The position numbers and the translations under genes were made by a program. A stretch of 64,000 nt of DNA from an uncultured Verrucomicrobiae bacterium (GTDB taxonomy: Bacteria > Verrucomicrobiota > Verrucomicrobiia > Chthoniobacterales > JAATET01): positions 160,001 through 224,000 of the forward strand of contig CAVRCI010000002.1 of NCBI GenBank assembly GCA_963719495.1, written 5' to 3'. Shown here piece after piece: positions 35,880 to 45,374 of this stretch; the stretch's first letter is position 1; each line of letters starts with the position of its first letter. The notes below the pieces were generated by a model. That model had not been told where the DNA came from. It saw only the letters and a list, made by a program, of their open reading frames with translations, and did not search any database.

Positions 35880-36487
35880 TGATCTTGGATTTTGAATTCA
35901 GGAATTTGGATTGGGGGTGACGGAAGGAGGAAGGCGGCGAGTTCCTGGTGAATTTTCCGGCTGTAGACTGGCCAGACGTGGGCGGGGACGTCGCAGCGGT
36001 GGGTTTGGGTGGCACGGGGCCAGTTGGCGCTGTGGCCGGGGAGGACCATGAGGTCGGCGGGTGTCCAGGCGACGTAGGTGGGGTGGGACCACGGGGCGGC
36101 GTCGAGTTGTTTCAAAAATTCGCTGTTGGGTCGCATTTGGGCGATGCCGGTGCCGGGGAGGGTGTGGGCGACGAGGGAGCCGGCGTGGGGGGTGTTCAGG
36201 AAGGCGACGCGGTGGATGGGGAGGGCGGCATTGGCAAGGAGGGCGGCCCGGACGACGAGGCCTCCCATGCTGTAGCCAACGAGATTGATGGGGCCGCTGG
36301 CCGGGGTGAGTTTGGCGGCGAGCCGCTGGCCTTCGGCGATGAGGCACGTTCGGCCGCTCGAGTCGTAGCGGTGGATTTCGACCTCGGGGAGTCCGGCGGC
36401 GAGGAGACGGCGGCGGAGGAGGTTGAGACGAATTGGGCGGCCCCAAAGGCCATCGAGGAGGTAGGTCGTCGACGGCGTTTCGTTCAC
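35876..36487 (-). CDS. Small alpha/beta hydrolase (lipase/esterase)
   Basis: GYSMGG nucleophile elbow, TPHAGS, D..V.P, H; GTG start overlapping the upstream stop. Confidence 0.85.
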   Translation of the reverse strand: MNETPSTTYLLDGLWGRPIRLNLLRRRLLAAGLPEVEIHRYDSSGRTCLIAEGQRLAAKLTPASGPINLVGYSMGGLVVRAALLANAALPIHRVAFLNTPHAGSLVAHTLPGTGIAQMRPNSEFLKQLDAAPWSHPTYVAWTPADLMVLPGHSANWPRATQTHRCDVPAHVWPVYSRKIHQELAAFLLPSPPIQIPEFKIQDQ

Positions 36488-37326
36488 AGGAGGAAGGTAA
36501 TGAGGGCGGTGGCGAGGCCAGCGTAAAGGCCGGCCGCGACGTCGTCCCAGGCGACTTTGCCGGGCCAGGGTTGGAGTTCGATCCATTGGATGCCGGGTTT
36601 GAGGACGTCGAAGAGGCGGAAGGTGGCGAAGGCGAGAACGAGGCCGGACGCGATGTGGTCGGCGGGGACGAAGAGGACGGCGATGGCGGCTCCGGCGACT
36701 TCATCGAGGACGAACTCGCGGGCGTCGGGGTCGCGGAAATAGCGGGTGGCGGCGGACTCCGCGAGCAGGCAGAGGATGGTCGCGGTGACGGCCAGGATGG
36801 CGGTGAGGGCGAGAACGGCGTTCCACGGGAGCAGTGTGACCGCGAGTGCGGCGAGGATCGGGGGGATGGCCGATGCGATCGTGGCTCCGACGACCGGAAG
36901 GTGGCCGATGGGGCCGACGGTGGCGGCTCGGATGAAGAGGGGGTGAGGGGGCGAGGTCGTGAGGGGGAAATTGGAGGCGATCCAGATTTCTTCGACGAGA
37001 CCGGGGATCCGGTGGGCGCAGGGGCGACCGCCGACGTGGTGGAGCGGGCCGGAGGAGCGGAAGGGCCAGCCCAGGCCGGGGAGCGAGGCGTCGAGGAACG
37101 CGTGGAGCGGGACGTGGTGGGCGGCTGGTCGGCGGTCGGCGAGATGGTAGCCGGGTGGAGGCTCGCTGCTCTTGGGTCGGACGGTGGCGAGGACTGGGGT
37201 GGTGGTTGCGGGTGAGGGCGACGAGAGTGCGTCGAAGGTAACCTCGACCTTTGTGTTGGGTGCGAGGTCTTGCGCTCGGTCGCGCAGGTTGGTGGCGATT
37301 TGGGCCTGGAGATGTTTGGCGATCAC
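36484..37326 (-). CDS. pgpA: Phosphatidylglycerophosphatase A with an N-terminal extension
   Basis: DPD..EFVLDEVAG, FRLFDVLKP, DDVAAG. Confidence 0.85.
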   Translation of the reverse strand: MIAKHLQAQIATNLRDRAQDLAPNTKVEVTFDALSSPSPATTTPVLATVRPKSSEPPPGYHLADRRPAAHHVPLHAFLDASLPGLGWPFRSSGPLHHVGGRPCAHRIPGLVEEIWIASNFPLTTSPPHPLFIRAATVGPIGHLPVVGATIASAIPPILAALAVTLLPWNAVLALTAILAVTATILCLLAESAATRYFRDPDAREFVLDEVAGAAIAVLFVPADHIASGLVLAFATFRLFDVLKPGIQWIELQPWPGKVAWDDVAAGLYAGLATALITFLL

Positions 37327-37696
37327 GGGGCGGGGCTACGGCTCGCCGGGAGGCTCGCCCTCCGGGTTGGTGGGGGCAAGGTGGAATGTGGGGCTGGAGT
37401 GGGCGTGACCGTCGCTTTTGGTAGCGACGGCGGAGGGATCGGCTCTCTCGCTTTACTCGAATTGCCGACCTTCGGCGGCTGGAGCCGGAGCGAAGTGGAG
37501 ACCGCCGAAGGCAGCCCGCGGTGCCTTGAATCAGGATCTCCGGGCGGAATCGTCACCGGTTCCGGGCGCGTCTCCTCGGAAATGATCCGCTGTACGGATT
37601 TTGGTTGGTTCGGCGATTGAAAATCGCCGCTCCTTGAGAGGCTCGGCTTGCTTCGCTGCGCCGAACTTCGGCGGCTGGAAGCCTCCGCTCCTTGAA

Positions 37697-37912
37697 TTAT
37701 CCCTGCGCGGGGGCTTCTTCGGTGGCGGTGGCGACTTCGTCGACCAAATCAGCGAAGTCGGAGACTCCGGTGCTGGGGATGATGATCGAGTTGCGGCGAC
37801 CTTGGGCTTCTTCGGTGATTCGAAGAAAACGTCCGCGATCGTTCTCGCGGTATTCGATGAAGAATTGCTTGCGTTCTACCTGCAATTCACGGGATTCGAT
37901 AACTTTGTCCAT
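37697..37912 (-). CDS. PUR-alpha-like (DUF3276-type) nucleic-acid-binding protein
   Basis: K.F.I...EN.RG.FLRITE...GRR.SIIIP. Confidence 0.85.
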   Translation of the reverse strand: MDKVIESRELQVERKQFFIEYRENDRGRFLRITEEAQGRRNSIIIPSTGVSDFADLVDEVATATEEAPAQG

Positions 37913-37989
37913 TGCTTTCCTTTCCTATCGGTCGCCATATCGACCGGAGTGAGCGGGGTAATATCGCCCGACTTTTTCTGGTGGCAAGA

Positions 37990-40389
37990 TCAAACTGGGG
38001 CGAAATCGACCTGTTGCTTGAACATGTCGACTTTGGCGACGGTGACTTCGATCAGATCGCCGGCGGTGTAGGTCTTTTTCGTCTTCCGTCCGATGAAGCG
38101 GCCCTTGGCTGGTTCGTGGGTGAAAAAGTCGTCGGCGAGCATCGAGACGTGGATGAGGCCGGTGAGCAGGAAGTCGGGGAGCTCGACGAGGAGGCCAAAA
38201 TTCCGCACGTCGATGATGCGGGCTGGGAAGGACTGGCCTTTTTTCCCGGTGATCTGCTGTTGGAAGAACTCGAGCTTCTTGAGCTTGGTGCTTTCGCGCT
38301 CGGCGTCGGTCGCGGTGCGCTCGGTCGTCGAGATGTGCTCGGCGAGGGTGCCGAGTTCGTTCGAGTTCGGACCGACCTTGGTGAGACCGAGGTGGCGTTC
38401 GAGGGATCGGTGGACGATGAGATCGGCGTAGCGTCGGATTGGGCTGGTGAAGTGCGTGTAGTCTTCCTTGGCGAGGCCGTAGTGGCCGAGCGGGGTGGTG
38501 ACGTAGGACGCGCGCTTGAGGCTCTTGAGGAGGCCGATCTTGATGGCCTGTTCGTAGGGTTTGCCCTTCACCGAGGCGAGAAGCTTGCGGAGATTTTCGC
38601 GTTTGCTGAGGTCGCCGGGGTTCAGGTTGTAGGATGCGGCGATCTCCTGGTATTCGGCCAGGCGGTCGGGCTCGGGGTCCTCGTGGACGCGGTAGACGGT
38701 GGGCTGATTGGCGCGTTTGAGCTGGCGGGCGACGACCTCGTTGGCGAGGAGCATGAGCTCCTCGACGAGCTGGTGGGATTCGTCGTTTTCGATCCGCTCG
38801 AGCCGCTCGGGTTTGCCGTTTTTATCAAGCCAGACTTTGATTTCGGGGAAATCCAGATCCAAAGCGCCTTGGGCGAAGCGGTTTTTGCGCAGGAGCGAGG
38901 CGACTTCCCAAGCTGCGTGCACGCGTTCGCCGGTCTCGTCCTTCGGCTTTTCCTGAAGGATGGCGTAGGCCTGCTTGTAAGTGAGGCGGGCGGCGCTGCG
39001 GATGACCGTCTTGGCAAATCGCGTGCTCGTGATTTTGCCCTTCTTGTCGACTTCGGCGAAGGCGGAAAACGCCATCCGGTCGACATTGGGTTTGAGGCTG
39101 CAGATGCCGTTACTGAGGGCCTCGGGGAGCATCGGGATGACGCGGTCGGCGAGGTAGACGCTGTTGCCGCGCTCGACGGCTTCGCGGTCGAGCTTGGTCT
39201 TTGGGCGGACGTAGTGCGAGACGTCGGCGATGTGGACGGAGACGGACCAACCGGTTTTCGTGCGCTGGACTTCCACGGCATCATCGAAATCCTTGGAGTC
39301 GTCGGGGTCGATCGTGATGATGTGGCGTCCGCGCAGGTCTTCGCGTTGGGCGGCTTCGCGGGCCGGGACTTCGGCGGGGATTTGCTCCGCCTCGCGGATG
39401 ACGTCGGGTGGGAATGCCTCGGGCAGGCGGTGCTTGCGGATGATCGAGAGGATGTCGACGCCGGGATCGCCGGTGCGACCGAGGACCTCGACGAGGTGGC
39501 CCTCCGGATTGACGTGGCGCGAGGCCCATTCGTCGAGCTTGGCCACGACTTTGTCGCCGATTTTTGCGTCGATGTTGCCGGTTGGCGCGGGGACGTAGAG
39601 ATTTTGGACGAAGCGGGGGTCGTCGGCGACGACGTAGAAGAAGGCCTTCGTTTTCTGGAGGGTGCCGACGATCGTCTCGCTGGCGCGGGTGAGGATGCGG
39701 ATGACGCGGCCTTCGGTGCGGCCGGGAGGGCCGGGGCGGCGTCCGCCGGAGCGGGAATCCGTCTTGATGCGCGCGACGACGCGGTCGCCGTGCATGGCGG
39801 TCCAGGTGTTTTCCGGGCTGATGAAGAGGTCGGGCTCGCCGCGGGTTTCGTTGAGGATGTGGGCGGCTCCGGAGGGGTGGATCTGAATCTCGCCGGTGAA
39901 AAGGTCGGCTTCCTTGGGGATGATGAAGCGGTCTTTGCGGATGCGGGCGAGGTCGCCGGAGGTCTCCATCTTCGTGAGGAGATCCGCGAGTTTGCGGCGT
40001 TGGGCGGGGGGGAGGTCGAGGCGTTTGCTGAGTTCTTCAAGATTGAGCGGCTGGTCGGCCACGAGGGCGAGGACGCCGTCGCGGAGGGCTCCGGAATCGG
40101 ATGAAGATTTCTCGCGGCGCTGATCTCCGCGCTGGTCGCGGGGTGGGCGCGAGGGCTTGTCACCGGAGGGTGCGCGGTTCGGACGGCGGCTGCGTTTGGC
40201 GGGGCGATCGGAGGACTTGGGCGCATCGACGCTCTTGTGGGAGGCGCGCGGCTGATCGTCGGCTGGCGCGTTCGATTGACCCGATTTGCTGGACGAGCGG
40301 CGGCGGCGGCGGTTTTTTTTCGCCGGATCCGAGGGGGATTCCGGGGCATTGGCGGAACCCTGCTTCCGCCTCCTTGAATTTTCTGGCAC
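37990..40389 (-). CDS. rnr: Ribonuclease R (start uncertain)
   Basis: TIDP.D.KDFDDA, HIADVS, HYGL...YTHFTSPIRRY.DL, C-terminal S1 domain. Confidence 0.97.
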   Translation of the reverse strand: MPENSRRRKQGSANAPESPSDPAKKNRRRRRSSSKSGQSNAPADDQPRASHKSVDAPKSSDRPAKRSRRPNRAPSGDKPSRPPRDQRGDQRREKSSSDSGALRDGVLALVADQPLNLEELSKRLDLPPAQRRKLADLLTKMETSGDLARIRKDRFIIPKEADLFTGEIQIHPSGAAHILNETRGEPDLFISPENTWTAMHGDRVVARIKTDSRSGGRRPGPPGRTEGRVIRILTRASETIVGTLQKTKAFFYVVADDPRFVQNLYVPAPTGNIDAKIGDKVVAKLDEWASRHVNPEGHLVEVLGRTGDPGVDILSIIRKHRLPEAFPPDVIREAEQIPAEVPAREAAQREDLRGRHIITIDPDDSKDFDDAVEVQRTKTGWSVSVHIADVSHYVRPKTKLDREAVERGNSVYLADRVIPMLPEALSNGICSLKPNVDRMAFSAFAEVDKKGKITSTRFAKTVIRSAARLTYKQAYAILQEKPKDETGERVHAAWEVASLLRKNRFAQGALDLDFPEIKVWLDKNGKPERLERIENDESHQLVEELMLLANEVVARQLKRANQPTVYRVHEDPEPDRLAEYQEIAASYNLNPGDLSKRENLRKLLASVKGKPYEQAIKIGLLKSLKRASYVTTPLGHYGLAKEDYTHFTSPIRRYADLIVHRSLERHLGLTKVGPNSNELGTLAEHISTTERTATDAERESTKLKKLEFFQQQITGKKGQSFPARIIDVRNFGLLVELPDFLLTGLIHVSMLADDFFTHEPAKGRFIGRKTKKTYTAGDLIEVTVAKVDMFKQQVDFAPV

Positions 40390-40512
40390 GCGCGGACTGT
40401 CTGCGAGCGGATCGAGGTTGACAAGCAAATCAGCGGGAGGCGGCGGCGGCGCGGCGAGAAAGTGCTTGATTGGCGGTGCGGAAGGGCGGACTTTCTGGAA
40501 ACGCAACCTCCC

Positions 40513-41010
40513 ATGAAAACTTCACGCCTTTATACCCGCCGCGCCTTCACCCTCATCGAGCTTTTGGTCGTGATCGCGATCATCGCGATTCTGATGGGAC
40601 TGCTGATTCCGTCGGTTACCGGCGTGCTGGAGAATGCCAAGCGAGTGCAGGCGAAGAATGATGTTACGCAAATCGCGACTTCGGTGATTGCCTACGAGAC
40701 GGAATATGGGAAATTGCCGCCCAAAGCGAACATCTACGACATCCTTGGCAATCTCAGCGACACAGATGAAAATCCGCGGGGAATAGTGTTCTTGGAAATT
40801 CCTGACGCAAAGGGTGGGAAGAATGGCTTGGTGGGCAATCAATACAAAGATTCGTGGGGCCAGTCATACAACGTTGAAATCGACGATGATTACGACAACT
40901 CCATAGTCGCGACGACAGCGGACGGACCCAAGACCGTGCGCAAGCGGGTAGCAGTCTGGTCGGAAGGGAATCCGGACAAGTCTCCGAAGCCGGTCTATTC
41001 TTGGCAGTAA
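40513..41010 (+). CDS. Prepilin-type (type IV pilin/pseudopilin) protein
   Basis: AFTLIELLVVIAII class III signal; D.WG..Y. Confidence 0.93.
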   Translation: MKTSRLYTRRAFTLIELLVVIAIIAILMGLLIPSVTGVLENAKRVQAKNDVTQIATSVIAYETEYGKLPPKANIYDILGNLSDTDENPRGIVFLEIPDAKGGKNGLVGNQYKDSWGQSYNVEIDDDYDNSIVATTADGPKTVRKRVAVWSEGNPDKSPKPVYSWQ

Positions 41011-41034
41011 GTTTTCGGTTAGAGCGATAGATTC

Positions 41035-41105
41035 GCGGGTGTAGTTCAATGGCAGAACGGCAGCTTCCCAAGCTGCATACGAGGGTTCGATTCCCTTCAC
41101 CCGCT
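41035..41105 (+). tRNA. tRNA-Gly(CCC); 3' CCA not encoded
   Basis: GCGGGTG/CACCCGC acceptor stem, CAGC-TTCCCAA-GCTG anticodon arm, GGTTCGATTCC T-arm. Confidence 0.97.
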
Positions 41106-41114
41106 CCCCCCCTG

Positions 41115-41340
41115 TAACCAATCTGGCCAGCGTGGTGATGGGAGCGGCCTTGAGAGCCCTGCCAAGGCACTGGTATGAGCGCTTTTGGTTGCCGGGCGGC
41201 TTTTGGCGGAAAGTTTCACCGATCCGGAGAGCTACGTCGGTACCTGGTATCGTGGCCATGGCGCTTTTGGCCGGACGGCGCGAGATCGCCGAGATCGCAC
41301 GTTTTGCCAACAGCCTGACTCCAGCCCAGCGCCGCCCTGG
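41115..41340 (+). pseudogene. Remnant of a DUF4338(DruA-like)/ISAs1-type transposase gene
   Basis: Fragments NLASVVMGAALRALPRHWYERF, LLAESFTDPESYVGTWYR and MALLAGRREIAEIARFANSLTPAQRR spread over different frames. Confidence 0.6.
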
Positions 41341-41778
41341 CCCTGCTCGAAAGCCTGCCCGCCTTGGACGGCAAAATCGTCACCGCTCGGGGTCCCCCGC
41401 ACTGCCAGAAGAAAACCGCCAGCGCCAGCGTGGAAAATGGCGGCGACTACCCCTCCAGCGCCCCGCCCGAACATTACGAAGCTCCGGGGATCCGCTGAAT
41501 TGACCGGAACGACATCTCGGTCGAGTTGTCGAAAGGCGTCGAGGGGCGATCTCGCCGACGTCGTCCGGCACCCGTCGCTTCTTTCGCGTGCAATGGTCGG
41601 CCTCCGAGTTCGTCGAACCGCGGGATGTCGGAGCCCGTCGCGCTCGGAGACGGGTGATTCGAAGATCGTTTCAAAGGGTTTTCATGCTTCGAGACCCAGG
41701 TGAGCCCGCGAGCCGATCCCAAAAACGGGGTCGTTCGCCCCGTCGTGGGCCTTGACCGGGGACGGTGTTGAGGGCGTG

Positions 41779-42789
41779 ATGGTAGGTATGGATTGGATTG
41801 GTGCTCGGCGTTTGCGACGGAATCGGCGGTCGGCTGGATTACGGGATCTGTTGCGGGAGACGGTGGTGCGGGCGGAGGATCTGGTGCAGCCGCTTTTTGT
41901 GAGGGCGGGCAACGGCGAGCCGGAAGCGGTGGCGTCGATGCCGGGCGTCATGCGGTGGTCGGTCGATGGGCTCGTCGAGGAGTGCCGGGCTTGCGCGGCG
42001 GTCGGGATCCGGGCGGTGGCGATCTTTCCGGTGATTGCCGCGGATCTGAAGGATGGGACCGGGTCGCACGCGACGGCGGAAGGAAACGTGCTGTTCCCGG
42101 CGGTGCGGGCGGTGAAGGCGGCTCTGCCGGACCTCGTGGTGATCACGGATGTGGCGCTCGATCCCTACACGGATCATGGGCACGACGGGCTGGTGTCGGA
42201 TGACGGGATGGTGGTGATGAACGACGCGACGGTGGCGGCGCTTTGTGAGCTGGCGGTGGCGGAGGCCCGGGCGGGGGCGGACGTGGTGGCGCCTTCGGAC
42301 ATGATGGATGGTCGGGTGGCGGCGATTCGGGAGGCGCTGGATGGGGTGGGATTCGAGGACGTGGGGATCCTTTCTTACGCCGCGAAGTTCGCGTCGGCAT
42401 TTTACGGCCCATTTCGGGATGCGGTGGGAAGTAAAGTGGGGGGGCGGGGCGTGGATAAGCGCAGCTACCAGATGGATCCCGGGAACGCGCGGGAGGCGCT
42501 GCTGGAGGTGGCGTTGGACGAGGCGGAGGGGGCGGACATGGTGATGGTGAAACCGGCGGGGGCTTATCTGGACATCATTCGAGGGGTGCGGGAGCGAACG
42601 GATCTGCCGGTGGCGGCGTATCAGGTGAGCGGGGAGTTCGCCCAGATCCACGCGGCGGCCCGGCTGGGGTGGTTGGATTACGCGGCGGCTCGGGATGAGA
42701 GTGTGTTGGCGATCAAGCGGGCGGGGGCGGATTTCGTGCTGACTTATTTTTCGCGGGAGATCGCGGAGGGGTTGCGGGAGCGGGGATGA
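41779..42789 (+). CDS. hemB: Porphobilinogen synthase
   Basis: R.RR.R, DVALDPYT.HGHDG, APSDMMDGR, SAFYGPFRDA, MVKP, AYQVSGE. Confidence 0.98.
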   Translation: MVGMDWIGARRLRRNRRSAGLRDLLRETVVRAEDLVQPLFVRAGNGEPEAVASMPGVMRWSVDGLVEECRACAAVGIRAVAIFPVIAADLKDGTGSHATAEGNVLFPAVRAVKAALPDLVVITDVALDPYTDHGHDGLVSDDGMVVMNDATVAALCELAVAEARAGADVVAPSDMMDGRVAAIREALDGVGFEDVGILSYAAKFASAFYGPFRDAVGSKVGGRGVDKRSYQMDPGNAREALLEVALDEAEGADMVMVKPAGAYLDIIRGVRERTDLPVAAYQVSGEFAQIHAAARLGWLDYAAARDESVLAIKRAGADFVLTYFSREIAEGLRERG

Positions 42790-42892
42790 GGGGGGAAGTG
42801 GCGCTTCGCGCTTGGGTTGGTGCGGCAAGCTGGAAGCTTGCCGGTGCGGGCTGGAAGCCCGCGCTCCCCGGGCGGGCAGGCCCGCCGTTTTG

Positions 42893-45091
42893 ATGAGTTT
42901 TGCCCGGGTGCTTTTGGATCAGTCGGCGGGGAAGCCGTTGGACTACGGGGTGCCGGTGGGGGTGACGGTTGCGGTGGGGTCTCGGGTGCGGGTGCCTCTG
43001 CGGACGCGTTCGGTGCTGGGAACCGTGGTGTCGGTTCACGCGGAAACGGACGCGAAGGGGGTGAGGCCGATCGATTCGGTGGTGGGAAATTCGCCTTTGA
43101 TCGGGGCGGTGCTGCTGCGGATGGCGGAGTGGATGGCGGATTACTACTGTTGCCCGGTGGAGGTGGCGACTCGGGCGGTGCTTCCGGTGGTGATCCGCAA
43201 GGCGGAGTTGGGGCACAAGATGGCGGACTTCGCGCGGATCGTGCGGGAGCCGGGGGTGGACGAATTGGCGGAGATCCGGCGACGGGCGGCGAAACAGGCG
43301 GAGGCTTTCGACCGACTGAAGGCCGAGGGGGGGCGGCTCAAGGTGGCGGCGGTGCCAGAGTTGCGGGATGCGTTCAAGGGGTTGGCGCGGCGGGGGTGGG
43401 TGGTGGTGGAATCGCTGGAGGTGGCGCGGGATCCAGAGGGGGTGTTTTTGCCTTCGCCGGAATTGGAAATGAACCCGGAGCAGGCGGTTGCGCTGGCTGC
43501 CGTGAAGGCGGCGATCGACGCGCCCGAGATCGCGAGGCCGATCCTGCTGCACGGGGTGACGGGGAGCGGGAAGACGGAGGTGTTTTTGCAGGGAATTCAG
43601 CACGCCCTGGCGTTGGGGAAAACGGCGTTGGTGATGGTGCCGGAGATTTCGCTGACGCCGCAGACGGTGGAGCGGTTCAAGTCGCGATTTGCGGAGATGC
43701 AGGGCGAGGTGGCGGTGATGCACTCGCATTTGTCGGAGGGGGAGCGTCACGACGAATGGCACAAGGTGCATTCGGGCCGGGCGAAGATTGTGATCGGGGC
43801 GCGGAGCGCGGTGTTTGCCCCGCTGGAGAATCTCGGTCTCATCGTCGTCGACGAGGAACACGAGTCGTCCTACAAGCAGGACGAGGCGCCGCGGTATCAC
43901 GGGCGGGACCTCGCGGTGCTGCGGGCGAGTCTGGAACCCTGCGCGGTGCTGCTCGGGAGCGCGACGCCGTCGATGGAGAGCTACCACAACGCGAAGACGG
44001 GGAAGTACGAGTTGGTGACGATGCCGTCGCGGATCGATGACCGGCGGATGCCGCTGATTCGCGTGGTCGACATGCGGCAGCAGAATCGGGTGAAGGGGCA
44101 GCCGGCGATTCTATCGCCGATCCTCTCGGCGGGGATCGAGGGGCGGCTGGCGCTGGGGCAGCAGACGATTTTGTTTTTGAATCGGCGGGGTTACGCTTCG
44201 GCGCTGCTCTGCGGGGTGTGCGGGCACGTCTGCCATTGCCCGGATTGCTCGGTGGCGCTGACGTATCACCGGGAGGACGAGCGGCTGCGGTGCCATGTGT
44301 GCGGTCATGCGGCGGTGGTGCCGCGGAAATGCCCGGGCTGTGGGGATCCGGGGATTCGGCACGCGGGATTCGGGACTCAGCGGATCGAGGAGGTGGTGCG
44401 GAGGTTTTTTCCGAAGGCCCGGGTGGCGCGCATGGACGCGGACGCGATGCAGCGGAAGGGTGGGTTTCGCGAGACGCTCGATGCGTTCAAATCGGGGAAG
44501 ATCGACGTGCTCATCGGGACGCAGATGATCGCGAAGGGGCTGCATTTTCCCAACGTGACGCTGGTGGGAATCATCAACGCGGACATGAGCTTGCACGTGT
44601 CGGATTTCCGCAGCGGCGAGCGGACGTTTCAGTTGCTGACGCAGGTGGCGGGACGGGCCGGGAGGGGGGATTACGAGGGCGAGGTGGTGGTGCAGACGTT
44701 CACTCCGGCGAGTCCTTCGATCCAGTTTGCGCGTCACCACGATTTCGCGGGGTATTGGGAGCAGGAGGCGGCGATGCGGGAGCAGTTTCGGCATCCGCCC
44801 TTCGTGCGGATGGTGTTGCTGACCGTGCGCGGCGAGAACGAGGAGATGGTGCGGTTCTGTGCCGAGACGGTGGAGCGGAAATTGAAGGCGGTGGCGTCGG
44901 CGGACTGGCTGGTGGGGGTGGCGACGCCGGCTCCGCTGGCGCGAGCAAAGACGTTGTTTCGGTATCAGGTGAGCCTGCGCGGGACGAGCGCGGTGCGGAT
45001 GAGCCGGGCGATCAAGGACGTGTTGGCGAAGCTAACGATGCCGGAGGGCGTGCGGGTGACGGTGGACGTGGACGCTCAGTCGCTGACGTGA
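42893..45091 (+). CDS. priA: Primosomal protein N' (replication restart helicase)
   Basis: GVTGSGKTEV, VPEISLTPQ, DEEH, NRRGY, Cys-rich zinc motifs, GTQMIAKG. Confidence 0.98.
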   Translation: MSFARVLLDQSAGKPLDYGVPVGVTVAVGSRVRVPLRTRSVLGTVVSVHAETDAKGVRPIDSVVGNSPLIGAVLLRMAEWMADYYCCPVEVATRAVLPVVIRKAELGHKMADFARIVREPGVDELAEIRRRAAKQAEAFDRLKAEGGRLKVAAVPELRDAFKGLARRGWVVVESLEVARDPEGVFLPSPELEMNPEQAVALAAVKAAIDAPEIARPILLHGVTGSGKTEVFLQGIQHALALGKTALVMVPEISLTPQTVERFKSRFAEMQGEVAVMHSHLSEGERHDEWHKVHSGRAKIVIGARSAVFAPLENLGLIVVDEEHESSYKQDEAPRYHGRDLAVLRASLEPCAVLLGSATPSMESYHNAKTGKYELVTMPSRIDDRRMPLIRVVDMRQQNRVKGQPAILSPILSAGIEGRLALGQQTILFLNRRGYASALLCGVCGHVCHCPDCSVALTYHREDERLRCHVCGHAAVVPRKCPGCGDPGIRHAGFGTQRIEEVVRRFFPKARVARMDADAMQRKGGFRETLDAFKSGKIDVLIGTQMIAKGLHFPNVTLVGIINADMSLHVSDFRSGERTFQLLTQVAGRAGRGDYEGEVVVQTFTPASPSIQFARHHDFAGYWEQEAAMREQFRHPPFVRMVLLTVRGENEEMVRFCAETVERKLKAVASADWLVGVATPAPLARAKTLFRYQVSLRGTSAVRMSRAIKDVLAKLTMPEGVRVTVDVDAQSLT

Positions 45092-45374
45092 TGAGGGATT
45101 CGGAGCGTTGACGCGGAGGGAGATCGCCGGAATCGAACGAAACGGGCGTGTCGTCCTCGAAAGGCGCGATCCACGATGTGGAGAAATTGGGCGTGCATGT
45201 CGCGGGTGGTAACGGCGTCGATTCGGACGGGCGGATGAAGGGTGGGCGTCCCGCCATCGGAAGCATCTCGGGACTTTTCGCGGTCCCCAAAATACGTCAC
45301 GCTTACATTCGAAATTTCGTTCGGCGAGTTGATCGCCCCGAACCATCGCAACCCAACCCCATCCCCATAATTCC

